Positions 31,350-42,068 of a DNA stretch of 64,000 bases are shown piece by piece (within the stretch, counting starts at the first letter, position 1; every line of letters begins with the position of its first letter). The translations under genes and the position numbers were made by a program. The stretch covers positions 68,424 through 132,423 of the forward strand of contig JAHLWP010000008.1 in the NCBI GenBank assembly GCA_019057865.1, written 5' to 3'. The stretch is from Promethearchaeota archaeon. GTDB taxonomy: Archaea > Asgardarchaeota > Lokiarchaeia > Sigyniarchaeales > SOKP01. The notes below the pieces were generated by a model, which saw nothing but the letters and a program-made list of their open reading frames with translations, did not search any database and was not told the origin of the DNA.

Positions 31350-32400
31350 TAACTTTCCCCTCCCTTTTTGGTTCAATTTTCTTAATTTTTTCAATTATTG
31401 TTCTAAGATCATTATTAACGGGACAATTTTGAACACATCGTCCACATCCAACACACCCTAACATGCCGTAATTCTCAGGATAATAACAAAATTTATGTAA
31501 AATTCTATTTCTAACCCTTTGTATACAGCTATTACGTGGATTATGACCACTTGTATGTAAAGTATAAAGGCAAGAATGGCACGTGTCCCATATTCTAATT
31601 CTTCTTCCACGATTCTTGTTTGGAACATTTTCATCAATTACATCAAAACAGGTACATGTTGGACATAGGAATGAACATGTTCCACATCCTATACAAGTTT
31701 CACTAACTTCTTTCCATATTGGATGTTCAAAATTTGGATCTAAAATTTTATCGATATTCTCTAAATCTAATTTTGTTGTAATTGCTTCTTCTGCCTGTTT
31801 TTTTAATTTTTGGGTCTTTTCTAAATCTATCTCTTTTGCATCAGCAAGCCACGACAGCTTTTTAATTAAATCTTTACCTTTATCACTAATTCCCTCAACA
31901 AGATATTTATCTTGCAAGTCAACTAAAAATATATCCACATCATCCTTTTGAAATGGATTTCCTTCTACTGATGTACAGAAACAAGTACTTTTCGGAGTAT
32001 TACAACCAATTCCTATCAAGGTTGTATTTTTCCTTCTATTTATAATAATTTCGTCTTTGAAATCTCCTTGAGAGAAAAAATTCACTAATAAGACAAAACT
32101 ATGAGCGTCGCAAGGTCTTATCCCAAAAATTATATTTTTATCATTTAAATTTTTAGGTTCTTCAAACTCTATCTCATTATCATTAATTTTGTATTCAAAA
32201 AGAATATCTTTCTCCGGAAATAATATTTCTTTCGGTGGTACTTTAGAGTTAAGATAGTCCAGCACTATTTCTTCTGGATTTGTTATTTTTCTAAAAACAA
32301 TGTTTCTCTTTTCCTTAATTGGTGCATAAAAATTATAATCTTTATTTAAATCATTATATAACCTTACGATTTGATCTTTTTTTAAAATTTTATGTTCCAT
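31342..32400 (-). CDS. flxB: 4Fe-4S dicluster FlxB/AsrA-like subunit
   Basis: GIRPCD, CFC, CIGCGTCSFLCPTCTC, CVGCGRCVQNCP. Confidence 0.7.
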   Translation of the reverse strand: MEHKILKKDQIVRLYNDLNKDYNFYAPIKEKRNIVFRKITNPEEIVLDYLNSKVPPKEILFPEKDILFEYKINDNEIEFEEPKNLNDKNIIFGIRPCDAHSFVLLVNFFSQGDFKDEIIINRRKNTTLIGIGCNTPKSTCFCTSVEGNPFQKDDVDIFLVDLQDKYLVEGISDKGKDLIKKLSWLADAKEIDLEKTQKLKKQAEEAITTKLDLENIDKILDPNFEHPIWKEVSETCIGCGTCSFLCPTCTCFDVIDENVPNKNRGRRIRIWDTCHSCLYTLHTSGHNPRNSCIQRVRNRILHKFCYYPENYGMLGCVGCGRCVQNCPVNNDLRTIIEKIKKIEPKREGKVSA

Positions 32401-32416
32401 TTTTCAAGTCTCCTTT

Positions 32417-33439
32417 TTAATCTTCCTCCATCATAAATTCTTCTTTATCCTCCATATCAAAAGCCATCATAGGAGGTAAGATTCTTGGATCAATGCCGGT
32501 TGTAAAATTAAACCTTTCTTTTGCAATTTTTTCTAAAGATCTTGTTATTAAATTCAAATCAATTCCCATCGGGCAAACACTACTACACGCGCCACATGCT
32601 ACACATCGACCCGCTAAATGCATAGCTCTAACTAAATGAAATACAAAGATATCAGAAAAATCTATTGTTTTTCCAAACCAAATAGGTTGGTTTTGGTCTA
32701 CAAAGCACAGATTACAATAGCACATAGGACACGCTTCTCTGCAGGCATAACATCGAGTACAAGTCTCTAAAAGACTTTTTATATATTCCCATTTTTCTTC
32801 AGTAGTTTTTGAATCAAATTCAGCAATATCTGAGAAATCATCTTCAATGACAGGATTTTCTAAACATTCACCCACACATATATCTTCTAAAAATGGAGGT
32901 GATTTAACTTGGCATACTTTACATAATTCATTCATATATTCATTAAAAGGAAATACTTTTTCGAAGTCCCTCCCTTTTACTATGATATTATCACCAGATA
33001 CTGAGATATCTAAGATTTCTCTTTCTCCGATTTCATCTTCAATTTTCTTCCTATTTATAATTCCATTACAGGGAATTCCAATTATTTTTATGTTTTCAAG
33101 ATCGAGTTGATGCTCTACCGATAAATGAATTAAAGCTCTGCCGACACAACCTTTTGATACAATACTAACTTTCAATTTTTGACCTTCTTCATTCATAAGT
33201 GTTGGTATTCGAGGGACCAAATAATTGGCCAAATTTATATAACATAAATTATTCCAAATTAATTTATCTACTTCCTCAACTTTATCTATCACAATTGGTG
33301 ATGAACTTAAAGGAACAGTACCTTCTGTGTATCCAATAATAACATCAACTTGTTTTTCTTCAAGTAGTTTTCTAGCTAAATCTCTTATTAATTGCTCAAT
33401 TTCTTTATTTTCATTTTCAATTACCATAAAAATCACCAC
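32417..33439 (-). CDS. flxC: 4Fe-4S FlxC/FdhB-like subunit
   Basis: KGC, CTRCYACREACPMCYC..C, AGRCVACGACSSVCP. Confidence 0.7.
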   Translation of the reverse strand: MVIFMVIENENKEIEQLIRDLARKLLEEKQVDVIIGYTEGTVPLSSSPIVIDKVEEVDKLIWNNLCYINLANYLVPRIPTLMNEEGQKLKVSIVSKGCVGRALIHLSVEHQLDLENIKIIGIPCNGIINRKKIEDEIGEREILDISVSGDNIIVKGRDFEKVFPFNEYMNELCKVCQVKSPPFLEDICVGECLENPVIEDDFSDIAEFDSKTTEEKWEYIKSLLETCTRCYACREACPMCYCNLCFVDQNQPIWFGKTIDFSDIFVFHLVRAMHLAGRCVACGACSSVCPMGIDLNLITRSLEKIAKERFNFTTGIDPRILPPMMAFDMEDKEEFMMEED

Positions 33440-33891
33440 TCTGTTTCAAATTTTTTGTTTGGTCCAAGTTTCTTTATATTATTTGTTACTTTTTTAATTA
33501 AAGCCGCAAATCTATCACCTTCTGATGCAGAAGACCACATGAAAGTAACTCTATCAGGATCTATCCCGAAAAGTTTTAATAAATCTTGTAAAATCGCAAA
33601 ACGTCTTCTTGCAACTAAATTTCCGCTAACATAATGGCAATCACCTGGGTGACATCCCGAGACGACAACACCATCCCAGCCTCTTAACAAACTTTTAATT
33701 ATGAAAAAAGGATTTACTCTTCCTGAACATGGAACCCTTACTATTCTAATATTTGAAGGATATTGAATTCTACTTACACCTGCTAAATCCGCTCCGGCAT
33801 AAGAACACCAATTACAGAGAAATGCAATTATTTTTGGTTCCCATTCTTTATTATCTTCTGATTGTTCTGACTGTATTTGTATTTTACTCAT
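33433..33891 (-). CDS. mvhD: MvhD/FlxD [2Fe-2S] subunit
   Basis: FLCNWCSYAGADLAG, CSGRV, GCHPGDCHY. Confidence 0.9.
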   Translation of the reverse strand: MSKIQIQSEQSEDNKEWEPKIIAFLCNWCSYAGADLAGVSRIQYPSNIRIVRVPCSGRVNPFFIIKSLLRGWDGVVVSGCHPGDCHYVSGNLVARRRFAILQDLLKLFGIDPDRVTFMWSSASEGDRFAALIKKVTNNIKKLGPNKKFETEW

Positions 33892-35890
33892 TAAAGTTCA
33901 CCCCCATTATTATTGAAAATATTTGTTCGCCAGTAAAACCAATGATATCTATTGCTGAAGATCTACAATTACCAGAACAAGCACCACACCCTTTACATAG
34001 AGCTTCATTTATTTTAGCTATTGTACCAAACCATTTATCCTCAACAAGCTCAATAGCCCCATAAATACAATTTTCGACGCACATTCCACAACCAATACAA
34101 CGTTCTGGGCGAACGACAGCAAAAAATGGTTCTATCTCAACTTCACCTTGAGCCATTAACACAGCTGCACTTGAAGCGGCTCCTTTAGCCTGAGCAACAG
34201 CATCAGGAATATCTTTTGGGCCTTGCGCAACACCAGCTATAAAGATACCCTCTGTTAAAGTGTCAACTGGTCGTAATTTTGGATGGGCTTCTAAAAAAAA
34301 TCCATCAGCTGATCTTTGAATTCTTAGTAGAGAAGTTATTATATCTGCATCTGCTCGAGGCTCTAAACCACAAGATAAAACAAACAAATCTACTGTTAAT
34401 TCAATTGGTTGTTGAAGTAATGTATCCTCAGCTCTTATGATAATATTGTGCTCATCATCTTCGATTACCTCTGCTATTCTTCCTCTCATAAAATTGATTC
34501 CATAGTTTTGTCCTGCAGATTCGTAAAATTCCTCATAACCTTTTCCAAAAGCTCGAATGTCCATATAAAAAATATAAATATCTGCATCTGAATGCTTTTC
34601 TTTATATTGCCTTGCTTGCTTGGTTGCATACATACAGCAAACTCTTGAACAATATTTATTTCCTCCTTCTCTGAAATTTCTACTTCCCACACATTGAAGA
34701 AAGGCAATGCTATGGGGTTCTTTAAGATCCGAAGGTCTAATAGGCTTTCCTATAACTGGTCCAAAAGAACTTAATAAACGTTCCATTTGAAGTCCAGTAA
34801 TAACATTAGGGTATCTCCCATAGCCATATTGTTTGAGCTCAGTAGGATCATATAAATCCCATCCTGTAGCAACGATTATTGTGCCTACCTTAATTTTTAA
34901 ATATTCTGGCTTATCATCAAAATTAATCGCTTCAGGTTCACATACATCTATTCTTGCACATATTCCGCATTTAATACAATTGACCATATCAATTGTATAT
35001 TGTGCAGGTATAGCTTGAGGGAATGGAATATAAATTGCTTTTCTTGTGGCTAATCCGAGTTCAAATTCGTTTCCAACGACAACAGGACAATAATCAACAC
35101 ATACTCCGCAACCAGTACATTTCTCTTGATCTACGTAATGTGGTTTTTTTAAAATAGTAACTTCAAAATTTCCTATAAAACCAGAGACTTCTACTACTTC
35201 AGAATAGGTTAAAAGTTCAACATTTTTCTCACGCGAAATCTCAGACATTTTGGGGGTAAGTATACAACTCGAACAATCCATAGTTGGGAACGTTTTATCA
35301 AGTTGAGCCATATGACCACCTATTGTGGGAGTTTTTTCAACTAAATATACTTGATAACCCTCTGTAGCAAGGTCCAATGCAGCATTCATTCCTGCAACTC
35401 CTCCTCCTATTATTAAACAAGAGGGTTCTACTTTCACTTTCTGGACTTCTAGTGGTTTTAACTCCCTTGCTTTTGCTACAGCCATTCTAATATGGTCTTT
35501 AGCGATTTCATATGCTCCTTCTGGGTCTCTCATATGAACCCATGTTGAATGTTCTCTAATATTTGCCATTTCAAATAAAAATTGGTTCAAACCAGCTTCT
35601 TTACAAGTAATTCTAAAAGTGGGCTCATGCATTCTTGGAGAACACGCAGCAACAACAACTCTATTTACTAATCCCGCTTCAATATCCTCCTTAATAATCT
35701 TTTGACCTACATCAGAACAAAAGAATTTATATTCTTGTGCTACTTCTACGTTTGGAAGTGTTTTTGTATATTCTACCAAATCTGGAACTGAAACAACACC
35801 ACCAATGTTGACACCGCAATGACATATATAAACTCCAATTTTAGGTCTTTCATTACCTGTGACTTTTATTTCTTTTTTAGCTTCTGTCAT
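33884..35890 (-). CDS. hdrA: Heterodisulfide reductase subunit A
   Basis: CHCGVNIGG, ACSPRMHE, LDKTFPTMDC, QCVGSR, CSRVCC, EAHPKLRP, GPKDIPD. Confidence 0.95.
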   Translation of the reverse strand: MTEAKKEIKVTGNERPKIGVYICHCGVNIGGVVSVPDLVEYTKTLPNVEVAQEYKFFCSDVGQKIIKEDIEAGLVNRVVVAACSPRMHEPTFRITCKEAGLNQFLFEMANIREHSTWVHMRDPEGAYEIAKDHIRMAVAKARELKPLEVQKVKVEPSCLIIGGGVAGMNAALDLATEGYQVYLVEKTPTIGGHMAQLDKTFPTMDCSSCILTPKMSEISREKNVELLTYSEVVEVSGFIGNFEVTILKKPHYVDQEKCTGCGVCVDYCPVVVGNEFELGLATRKAIYIPFPQAIPAQYTIDMVNCIKCGICARIDVCEPEAINFDDKPEYLKIKVGTIIVATGWDLYDPTELKQYGYGRYPNVITGLQMERLLSSFGPVIGKPIRPSDLKEPHSIAFLQCVGSRNFREGGNKYCSRVCCMYATKQARQYKEKHSDADIYIFYMDIRAFGKGYEEFYESAGQNYGINFMRGRIAEVIEDDEHNIIIRAEDTLLQQPIELTVDLFVLSCGLEPRADADIITSLLRIQRSADGFFLEAHPKLRPVDTLTEGIFIAGVAQGPKDIPDAVAQAKGAASSAAVLMAQGEVEIEPFFAVVRPERCIGCGMCVENCIYGAIELVEDKWFGTIAKINEALCKGCGACSGNCRSSAIDIIGFTGEQIFSIIMGVNFNE

Positions 35891-35900
35891 ATAATTCCTC

Positions 35901-36851
35901 CTAAATTAATTGTTCTTTAACTATATTTAAGAACGGATCTATAGAAATAAACGGAGAAACACCTTGTAACTCATGATTTTTAATTAATCCTAATAAATTA
36001 GGATCCATTCCGAAGGCTACTCCCAGAAGTTGAGTGATGTATATTACAGGAATGTTAAATGGTTCTCCAATAATATCTGCATAGATATTATTTACCTCAA
36101 CCTGCCCTAGGTCCAATTGAAGGTGGCAGAAAGGACAGCAGTTAATAATAATATCTACACCTGCATCTCTCATATTCACTAATTTCTCCCGTGTAAAATC
36201 GGCTGCAACCTCTTTAACAGCAGTTCTAACAGCTCCACCAGCTCCACAACACATATATTTATCTTTATAATTTATACTTTTAGCCCCTGTAATTTCAACA
36301 ATCTCGTCAAGAAATCTAGGAGCCTCATATTCACCATTCCAAGGTCTTTTTTCACTTGGTTTTACAATATGGCAACCATAATGTACGGCTACCTTTAAAT
36401 TTGAGAATTTAAGTTTGACAAAATCCTTTAAATAGTCCAATCCCATATCAAGATAAAAAGCTTGAATAACATGCTTTGGTTCGAGATTACCTTTATATGT
36501 ACGTCCAATTTTAGCAAGATATTCATTAACTTCTTTTTTTTATTCATACTCATGTTCAAGTTCATACCAAGCATCTCTAAGAGTTCCATAACAGCCATTA
36601 CAACCTGTAATAGGATTTACTCCCAATTCTTCTGCAATAGATATATTTCTAGCAGCAATAACAAGCCAAGTTGGTATATGAAATGCTCTAAATACACCAG
36701 GGGCAGGACAACATGAAGCACCGGGTAAATCTAAAATCTCGGCACCAAGATAATCGAAAACATTTCTAATCGAGGCTTCAATCATTGGATAACGATTAGG
36801 TATTACACATCCCAAAAAAAAACCATATCTCCATTTGTAATCTTCACTCAT
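35901..36851 (-). pseudogene. hdrB: hdrB interrupted by one in-frame TAA at 36540-36542 (nonsense mutation or sequence error)
   Basis: Track ORFs 36540..36851 and 35901..36446 are in one frame and read ELEHEYE*KKEVNEYLAKIG, colinear with the intact HdrB at 20..907. Confidence 0.85.
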
Positions 36852-36853
36852 AT

Positions 36854-37456
36854 TTATTTCTCCTTATCTGTTTCCTCAGCTTTTGCCCTTTCTTCTTTCA
36901 ATTTTGCTGCATTATCCAATAATTTTTTAAATCCAACAGCGTTCATCAATTCTTGGCATTCTTTTACCGCTTCAGGATAAGAATGGACAGTAGGTGGTAA
37001 TGGCGGCAACCCATAAGATTCCCTTAAATCCCTCCATTTTTTATTATTTTCACCAGTTGCAGGAACACCGTGTCCTGTAGCATAAAAAATATCATTAGCT
37101 AATCCAAAATGAGAATCTAAAATATAACCTTCTTCCACCGCAATGTTTCTAAGTTTGATTATCATATCAGTGACAGGAATATCTCTAGGACAGCGCTCAT
37201 AGCAATAATAACAAGTTGAGCATAACCATATATCAATATCTTTTAGTACAGATTCATCTCCAGTTAAAGCTCTTCTAATAGCAGAACGTGTTCGATAAGC
37301 AGTTCTTCTACCAGAAGGACAACTACCAGTACAAGTACCACAATTTATGCAAGCTCTTATCTTTTCTAAACCAGCGTCAACAAATTTTTGAGCAATTCTA
37401 GAGCTTGTAGATTTGTATACTTTTCTTTTGATATACTTTTCCACATTTTCACTCAT
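36854..37456 (-). CDS. hdrC: Heterodisulfide reductase subunit C
   Basis: CINCGTCTGSCPSGRRT and WLCSTCYYCYERCPR. Confidence 0.92.
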   Translation of the reverse strand: MSENVEKYIKRKVYKSTSSRIAQKFVDAGLEKIRACINCGTCTGSCPSGRRTAYRTRSAIRRALTGDESVLKDIDIWLCSTCYYCYERCPRDIPVTDMIIKLRNIAVEEGYILDSHFGLANDIFYATGHGVPATGENNKKWRDLRESYGLPPLPPTVHSYPEAVKECQELMNAVGFKKLLDNAAKLKEERAKAEETDKEK

Positions 37457-37530
37457 GTTTAATTCAAATCACTTAAATAATTTTAAACTTGATTTGCAAT
37501 TTTGTAAAAAAGTCTAAGCTTTACTTTTTT

Positions 37531-37551
37531 AACTTGTTTGATCAAACAGTT
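37531..37551. promoter_or_regulatory. Palindromic candidate operator upstream of the hdrCBA-flx operon
   Basis: Perfect 14-bp palindrome TGTTTGATCAAACA at 37535-37548, about 80 bp upstream of hdrC. Confidence 0.45.
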
Positions 37552-37696
37552 TTGATTAACAATCTTAAGAAGTGAAAAGTACTTTTATTAAAAAAATTTG
37601 TTATCGATATTTAATAACCAAATTGATTGTATTAGTTATTTCTTATATCTAATAATTTTATAAGAAAATTGGATTTGGATTCAAAAATTAATTTCC

Positions 37697-37927
37697 TCAA
37701 TTATAAATCCTATACAATTCTTCTAAATATTTGATTTGCTTTTTCTCAGATAAAAAAGCAAGTTCTTTTATTATAGATTTCTTCTTTTTTTCAGAAATAT
37801 TTAAATTCTTCAATTTTTCTCGAATATCTTTTCGCAAAACTGAATAGATTCTTTTCCAATAAGCTTTAACTTCTTTGATTTCTTCAAAATCTTCATTACT
37901 TATATCATCACTAATTTTTAACACCAA
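37697..37927 (-). CDS. Small charged hypothetical protein
   Basis: 76-aa helical-looking ORF; no motif recognised. Confidence 0.45.
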   Translation of the reverse strand: MVLKISDDISNEDFEEIKEVKAYWKRIYSVLRKDIREKLKNLNISEKKKKSIIKELAFLSEKKQIKYLEELYRIYN

Positions 37928-38056
37928 AAATTATCTTTTTTATAATTTTCATTTTTCTGATATAATTATGCTTCTATTGTTTAATAAAAAATTTGTAGTC
38001 CAATCCTTCAAAAATCAAATTATTAGAAAAATTAAATATCAATTTAAATTAGAAAA

Positions 38057-39118
38057 TTAAAATTTAAATTCTAGGATTAAGTGTGTCTTACTTTTAAATC
38101 CTCCCATTTTCTGAGCTGCTTTCTGGTTAGCAATATTTTCTGCACCTACTGGCCAATATCCCCATCGAAAAAAACTTTTAGTCTTTCTATTAAAACCTCT
38201 TAAAGAAGTTTCTCCATACATTAGCAATGCTAGTCCTTTTCTCCTATGATTTGGATCTACTACCCAATCATGGAAGCTAACAGAATCTAATCTTCCGTGT
38301 TTATCAGTATGAAAGATATTAGGAACAAGATATCCAGATGCTACTATTTTTTCGGTTGGCTTATGATATACAACCCATACCATCCATTCACGGCCATAAG
38401 AAAAAATAAAATCAACTAAAAATTTGAGGTTCAAAGAATTTTTGGGGGTTATTTGGGCAGATGGAGGTTGGTATTCAATGTGAAGTCTCAATATTTCATC
38501 TATGACATCCCAAATTCCTTCTTTACCAGGAATTATATATTCATATTCAGTAAAATCATAACTAGGTAGTTTATGTGGATCTAATTTTAATCCAACACAA
38601 TAATAACGATCTTCTTCAAACTTCACATAGAATCTCTTTTTAAGAAAAGTTTCTTGATAAATAGGTGGATTTATAGGACATCCAACAAATAAATCCTTAC
38701 TACTCCCCTCAACCATAAAACCCCATCCGTATATAACTGTAGGAATATTAATTGGACCTCTTATTTCCTTATATTTATTTCGCCTTGCATACTCGATTAA
38801 TTCATTGACTAAAAATTCAATTTTATAGGCATCATGATCATACACACCAAAATAACCAAAATATAAAGTACTACCTTGATCATCGTATACAATTACAATT
38901 CCTACAACTTTATCTGTATTTTTATTAAATCTATTTTTATTAATCTCTTTTTCAAGTAATATTGCTTTAGCTTTAAATGATTTAAAATCCACCAAAACAT
39001 ATTTATGAAGTTCAGGTAGAATTGGAAGATTTATCCCTAGATGTAAGTATTTTAAGATCTCATCTAATTTTTCTGTAATTCGAATACTTAATTCTGCTTT
39101 TTGCGTTGAATGTACCAT
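38057..39118 (-). CDS. Tandem-GNAT-fold protein (YghO-like)
   Basis: FGYFG..IRGPIN..GF and VDPNHRRKGLA acetyl-CoA motif. Confidence 0.7.
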   Translation of the reverse strand: MVHSTQKAELSIRITEKLDEILKYLHLGINLPILPELHKYVLVDFKSFKAKAILLEKEINKNRFNKNTDKVVGIVIVYDDQGSTLYFGYFGVYDHDAYKIEFLVNELIEYARRNKYKEIRGPINIPTVIYGWGFMVEGSSKDLFVGCPINPPIYQETFLKKRFYVKFEEDRYYCVGLKLDPHKLPSYDFTEYEYIIPGKEGIWDVIDEILRLHIEYQPPSAQITPKNSLNLKFLVDFIFSYGREWMVWVVYHKPTEKIVASGYLVPNIFHTDKHGRLDSVSFHDWVVDPNHRRKGLALLMYGETSLRGFNRKTKSFFRWGYWPVGAENIANQKAAQKMGGFKSKTHLILEFKF

Positions 39119-39232
39119 AATAACAATCTATTTTAATTAATTATAAAAATCTATTTTTTAATTTATTTAAATCTTTATAATATGGGAATAAAAATGTTGA
39201 AGATAATATATTTTCTTAATAATTAAAGATTG

Positions 39233-39937
39233 CTATAATCTATGTACCCACGCATAGTAGATTAATCCGACACATAAGAGTGTAATAACTGATGTAGTAA
39301 TACTCCATATTGATCTGAATAAAAGATCATTGGAATAATTATAGTAAACCATCCCATACAAAGTAAATGCAAATCCAAATATTCCTAAAAAATAGTATCC
39401 TAATTTTTTTTTTAATTTAACATCTTCAAAGCCTTTGTATAATTTTAATGATGTTATGATAAAAGGACTTAACATAAAAATAGTAATAAAAAAATAGAGA
39501 ACAATAAGGAACTCCAAGGCAAACTTTGGCCTCCAGTTTGGATCCTTAACGAAAGTAATTCCTCCAGGTATATTTAAGCAAATAATAAGTGAAAATGTAT
39601 ATAAAATTATATATGAAGCCCACTTTCTTAATAAATTCTCCTTACCAGCTTGAAGGAGATTTATATTAAATAAAACTAGAAAAATAGGAGAAAGCAGTAC
39701 AACATAAGCGGCAATAATATATATGATTGACATCAATAACTCATTATCTAGAGGTGGATAAACAGCATTAAGAATAAACCCAATAGAAAGAGAAAAATAA
39801 AAACCACTCAATGTTAATGTTAATCTGTTTCTATTTCTCTTTAAGATTTTGTACGCTATAATTAAAAAGATACCTGTAAATATTAATTGCGTAAGATATA
39901 TAGTTAATATTCTAGCAAAATCGTTTTGTAATAACAT
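39233..39937 (-). CDS. 7-TM membrane protein (HisKA_7TM-like sensor)
   Basis: About seven hydrophobic helices; 234 aa. Confidence 0.65.
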   Translation of the reverse strand: MLLQNDFARILTIYLTQLIFTGIFLIIAYKILKRNRNRLTLTLSGFYFSLSIGFILNAVYPPLDNELLMSIIYIIAAYVVLLSPIFLVLFNINLLQAGKENLLRKWASYIILYTFSLIICLNIPGGITFVKDPNWRPKFALEFLIVLYFFITIFMLSPFIITSLKLYKGFEDVKLKKKLGYYFLGIFGFAFTLYGMVYYNYSNDLLFRSIWSITTSVITLLCVGLIYYAWVHRL

Positions 39938-40059
39938 TTTAATTTCATATAATTAATGTTTTATAATCTAAATATAGTATTCTAAATTAGTGAAATATAT
40001 TAATTTTTATCAATCAGAAGATAATTTGATGTTTTATCGATTTTTCTTCTTACAAATTT

Positions 40060-41298
40060 TTAACCTTTGAAAAAATTTGTTTTTGTATAAGCATTAAAAT
40101 TTAAAACTTTAAGAAGTTTTGAAGCTTCTGGGATTATTTTTAGGTTATTCTTGATATTTCCTTTATAATAGTTAAAAACTATATTATCTTCAAAAATATT
40201 TTTATTCTTTTTATAATCCCAACTAAAAATATAACCCCTGGGCTTAAAGCCAGCTTTAAAAAAGATTTTTTGATGTAATGGTTCGAATGATGAGACAAAA
40301 CATTCAAAATATCTAACATCAGAATTCTCTATTAATTTTTTAATTTGTTTAATGAACACATGTAATTCTTCTAGATTCTTAACTTTATACTTTGTTTTTT
40401 CTATGGATTTAGTATACGGATTATAGATGAATTTAAAGTAGGAATCTGAGTTTTTATATAATAAAATCATTGCTTTAAAACCGAATCTATCTTCATCAAT
40501 TTTTTTATATAAATTCCTTTCTATTTTCTTCATTTTAAGCTCATCGAAAGATATCTTTGGATTTTCTACTTTCGGGGACCCTAAATGAAATCTGCTATTG
40601 GAATAATTATAACAACCTAACGCTTGACGAATAATTTTCGGTTTTTTCTTATCACGATATTTATCCAAAGCATTTTTATCATAGATAATGTGCATGAAAT
40701 CCGATTCAATGTTATTAAAAAACACATCTTTATTCGGAAAAAATGCGATGGGTTTTAATCCACATAGAGAAGTTAATAGTTGAGGAATATTATCATATGT
40801 ACGTACATCTGCGTACCATACTAAAATTTTATCTTTATTTACTTTCCATGCGTATAAAATACAACCAATAAAAGCTTTCAAAATATTAATAATTTTTTGA
40901 TATTTTCTCTTTATTGCAAATCCATATAGTAACCCCCGTTTCTTCTCAAATTCCATATGAGCAGCAAAACAACCAACTACTTCATTTGAATTTAACTTGA
41001 ATAAGAACCAATGATAATTGGAATCCATTATCATATTTTTTATTTCTTGAACATCTTCCATTTGTTTATAAGGATATGTACCTTCGTACACATCTTTAAA
41101 AATTTGGGTTATAACTCCAGCATCAGCTGGTTTTGCTAAATGAATAATAGGACAAATTCTTTGATTATCTCGATTTAAATCTAATTCAAAATCAAGGTTT
41201 AGTATATTTTTATAATCTGAACTAAAACTTCCATCATAAAGATCTAAAAATTCATCCAGTGTTATAATTGGTTTTAATATTAGTTTACTTACCTGCAT
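40060..41298 (-). CDS. GNAT-like protein
   Basis: FKDVYEGTYPY, AIKRKYQ and FFKAGFKPRGY patterns. Confidence 0.55.
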   Translation of the reverse strand: MQVSKLILKPIITLDEFLDLYDGSFSSDYKNILNLDFELDLNRDNQRICPIIHLAKPADAGVITQIFKDVYEGTYPYKQMEDVQEIKNMIMDSNYHWFLFKLNSNEVVGCFAAHMEFEKKRGLLYGFAIKRKYQKIINILKAFIGCILYAWKVNKDKILVWYADVRTYDNIPQLLTSLCGLKPIAFFPNKDVFFNNIESDFMHIIYDKNALDKYRDKKKPKIIRQALGCYNYSNSRFHLGSPKVENPKISFDELKMKKIERNLYKKIDEDRFGFKAMILLYKNSDSYFKFIYNPYTKSIEKTKYKVKNLEELHVFIKQIKKLIENSDVRYFECFVSSFEPLHQKIFFKAGFKPRGYIFSWDYKKNKNIFEDNIVFNYYKGNIKNNLKIIPEASKLLKVLNFNAYTKTNFFKG

Positions 41299-41335
41299 TT
41301 TTACTATTTATTTAATCTTATTATGTTAAAAGATT

Positions 41336-41728
41336 TTAAAAAAATGGACCATGCTTAATATAGGATTGAACTAATGTATGACGTAAAAATTGGATTTTAG
41401 TATTATTTGGATTTAACCGTCCTGCAATTGCTATAGCTTTTTTAGCCATTTCAATATTACCTTTATCAAGATAAGTGATTGTTAATAATCCCCATGCTTC
41501 CTCTTTAGAGGAATTATATTCTGTTGCTGCTTTAAAGCAATCAATAGCTTTATCTAATTCTCCTAAGCGTCGTTTTGCTATACCAAGGAGAAGCCAGGCT
41601 TCGTCATTTGTAGGTTCAGTTAAAACGATTTTACTTAGAAATTTCTCTGCTTTAGCATTTTTTTTTTCGTCTAAATATTCTGTAGCTTTATCGATTTGCT
41701 TATCTAATATAGGTTTATTTATCTGCAT
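41336..41728 (-). CDS. TPR repeat protein
   Basis: EAWLLLG..A..CF..A and EAWGLL..A..LNP TPR consensus. Confidence 0.8.
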   Translation of the reverse strand: MQINKPILDKQIDKATEYLDEKKNAKAEKFLSKIVLTEPTNDEAWLLLGIAKRRLGELDKAIDCFKAATEYNSSKEEAWGLLTITYLDKGNIEMAKKAIAIAGRLNPNNTKIQFLRHTLVQSYIKHGPFF

Positions 41729-42068
41729 AATATCACTTTCTTAAAAATATAATACTATTAATTTAATTATATCTGATTCACATATTTATAGATTTAACTT
41801 TTTTTAAATATTTCCAATTTAGTTAAATTTTTTCCCAGAAAAATAAAAGATTGAGAAGTATATAAAGGAAAAAAACATCCACATACTTGTATTATTAATT
41901 TTAAGATAAATTAATTTGTGTGTAAAAATTATTATCATTAGAAGTAAAAAACTAAGATGAAATTAATCAAAACTTCTTTTAACTTTTACATCATAGAAAA
42001 AATAGTGAAATCTAAAATGATATTTAATATGAATCAGTACTCAAAATCCTTGAGAAATCTATATTAAC

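Noticed and set aside
3980-35890. Selenocysteine recoding in FwdB, HdrA and MvhD
   Set aside because: All these ORFs are uninterrupted and have Cys at the usual Sec positions (SVCHGP, DCSSC, CNWC, GDCHY); no in-frame TGA.
36446-36560. Second BHB intron in hdrB
   Set aside because: The sequence is colinear with the paralog, with no inserted bases.
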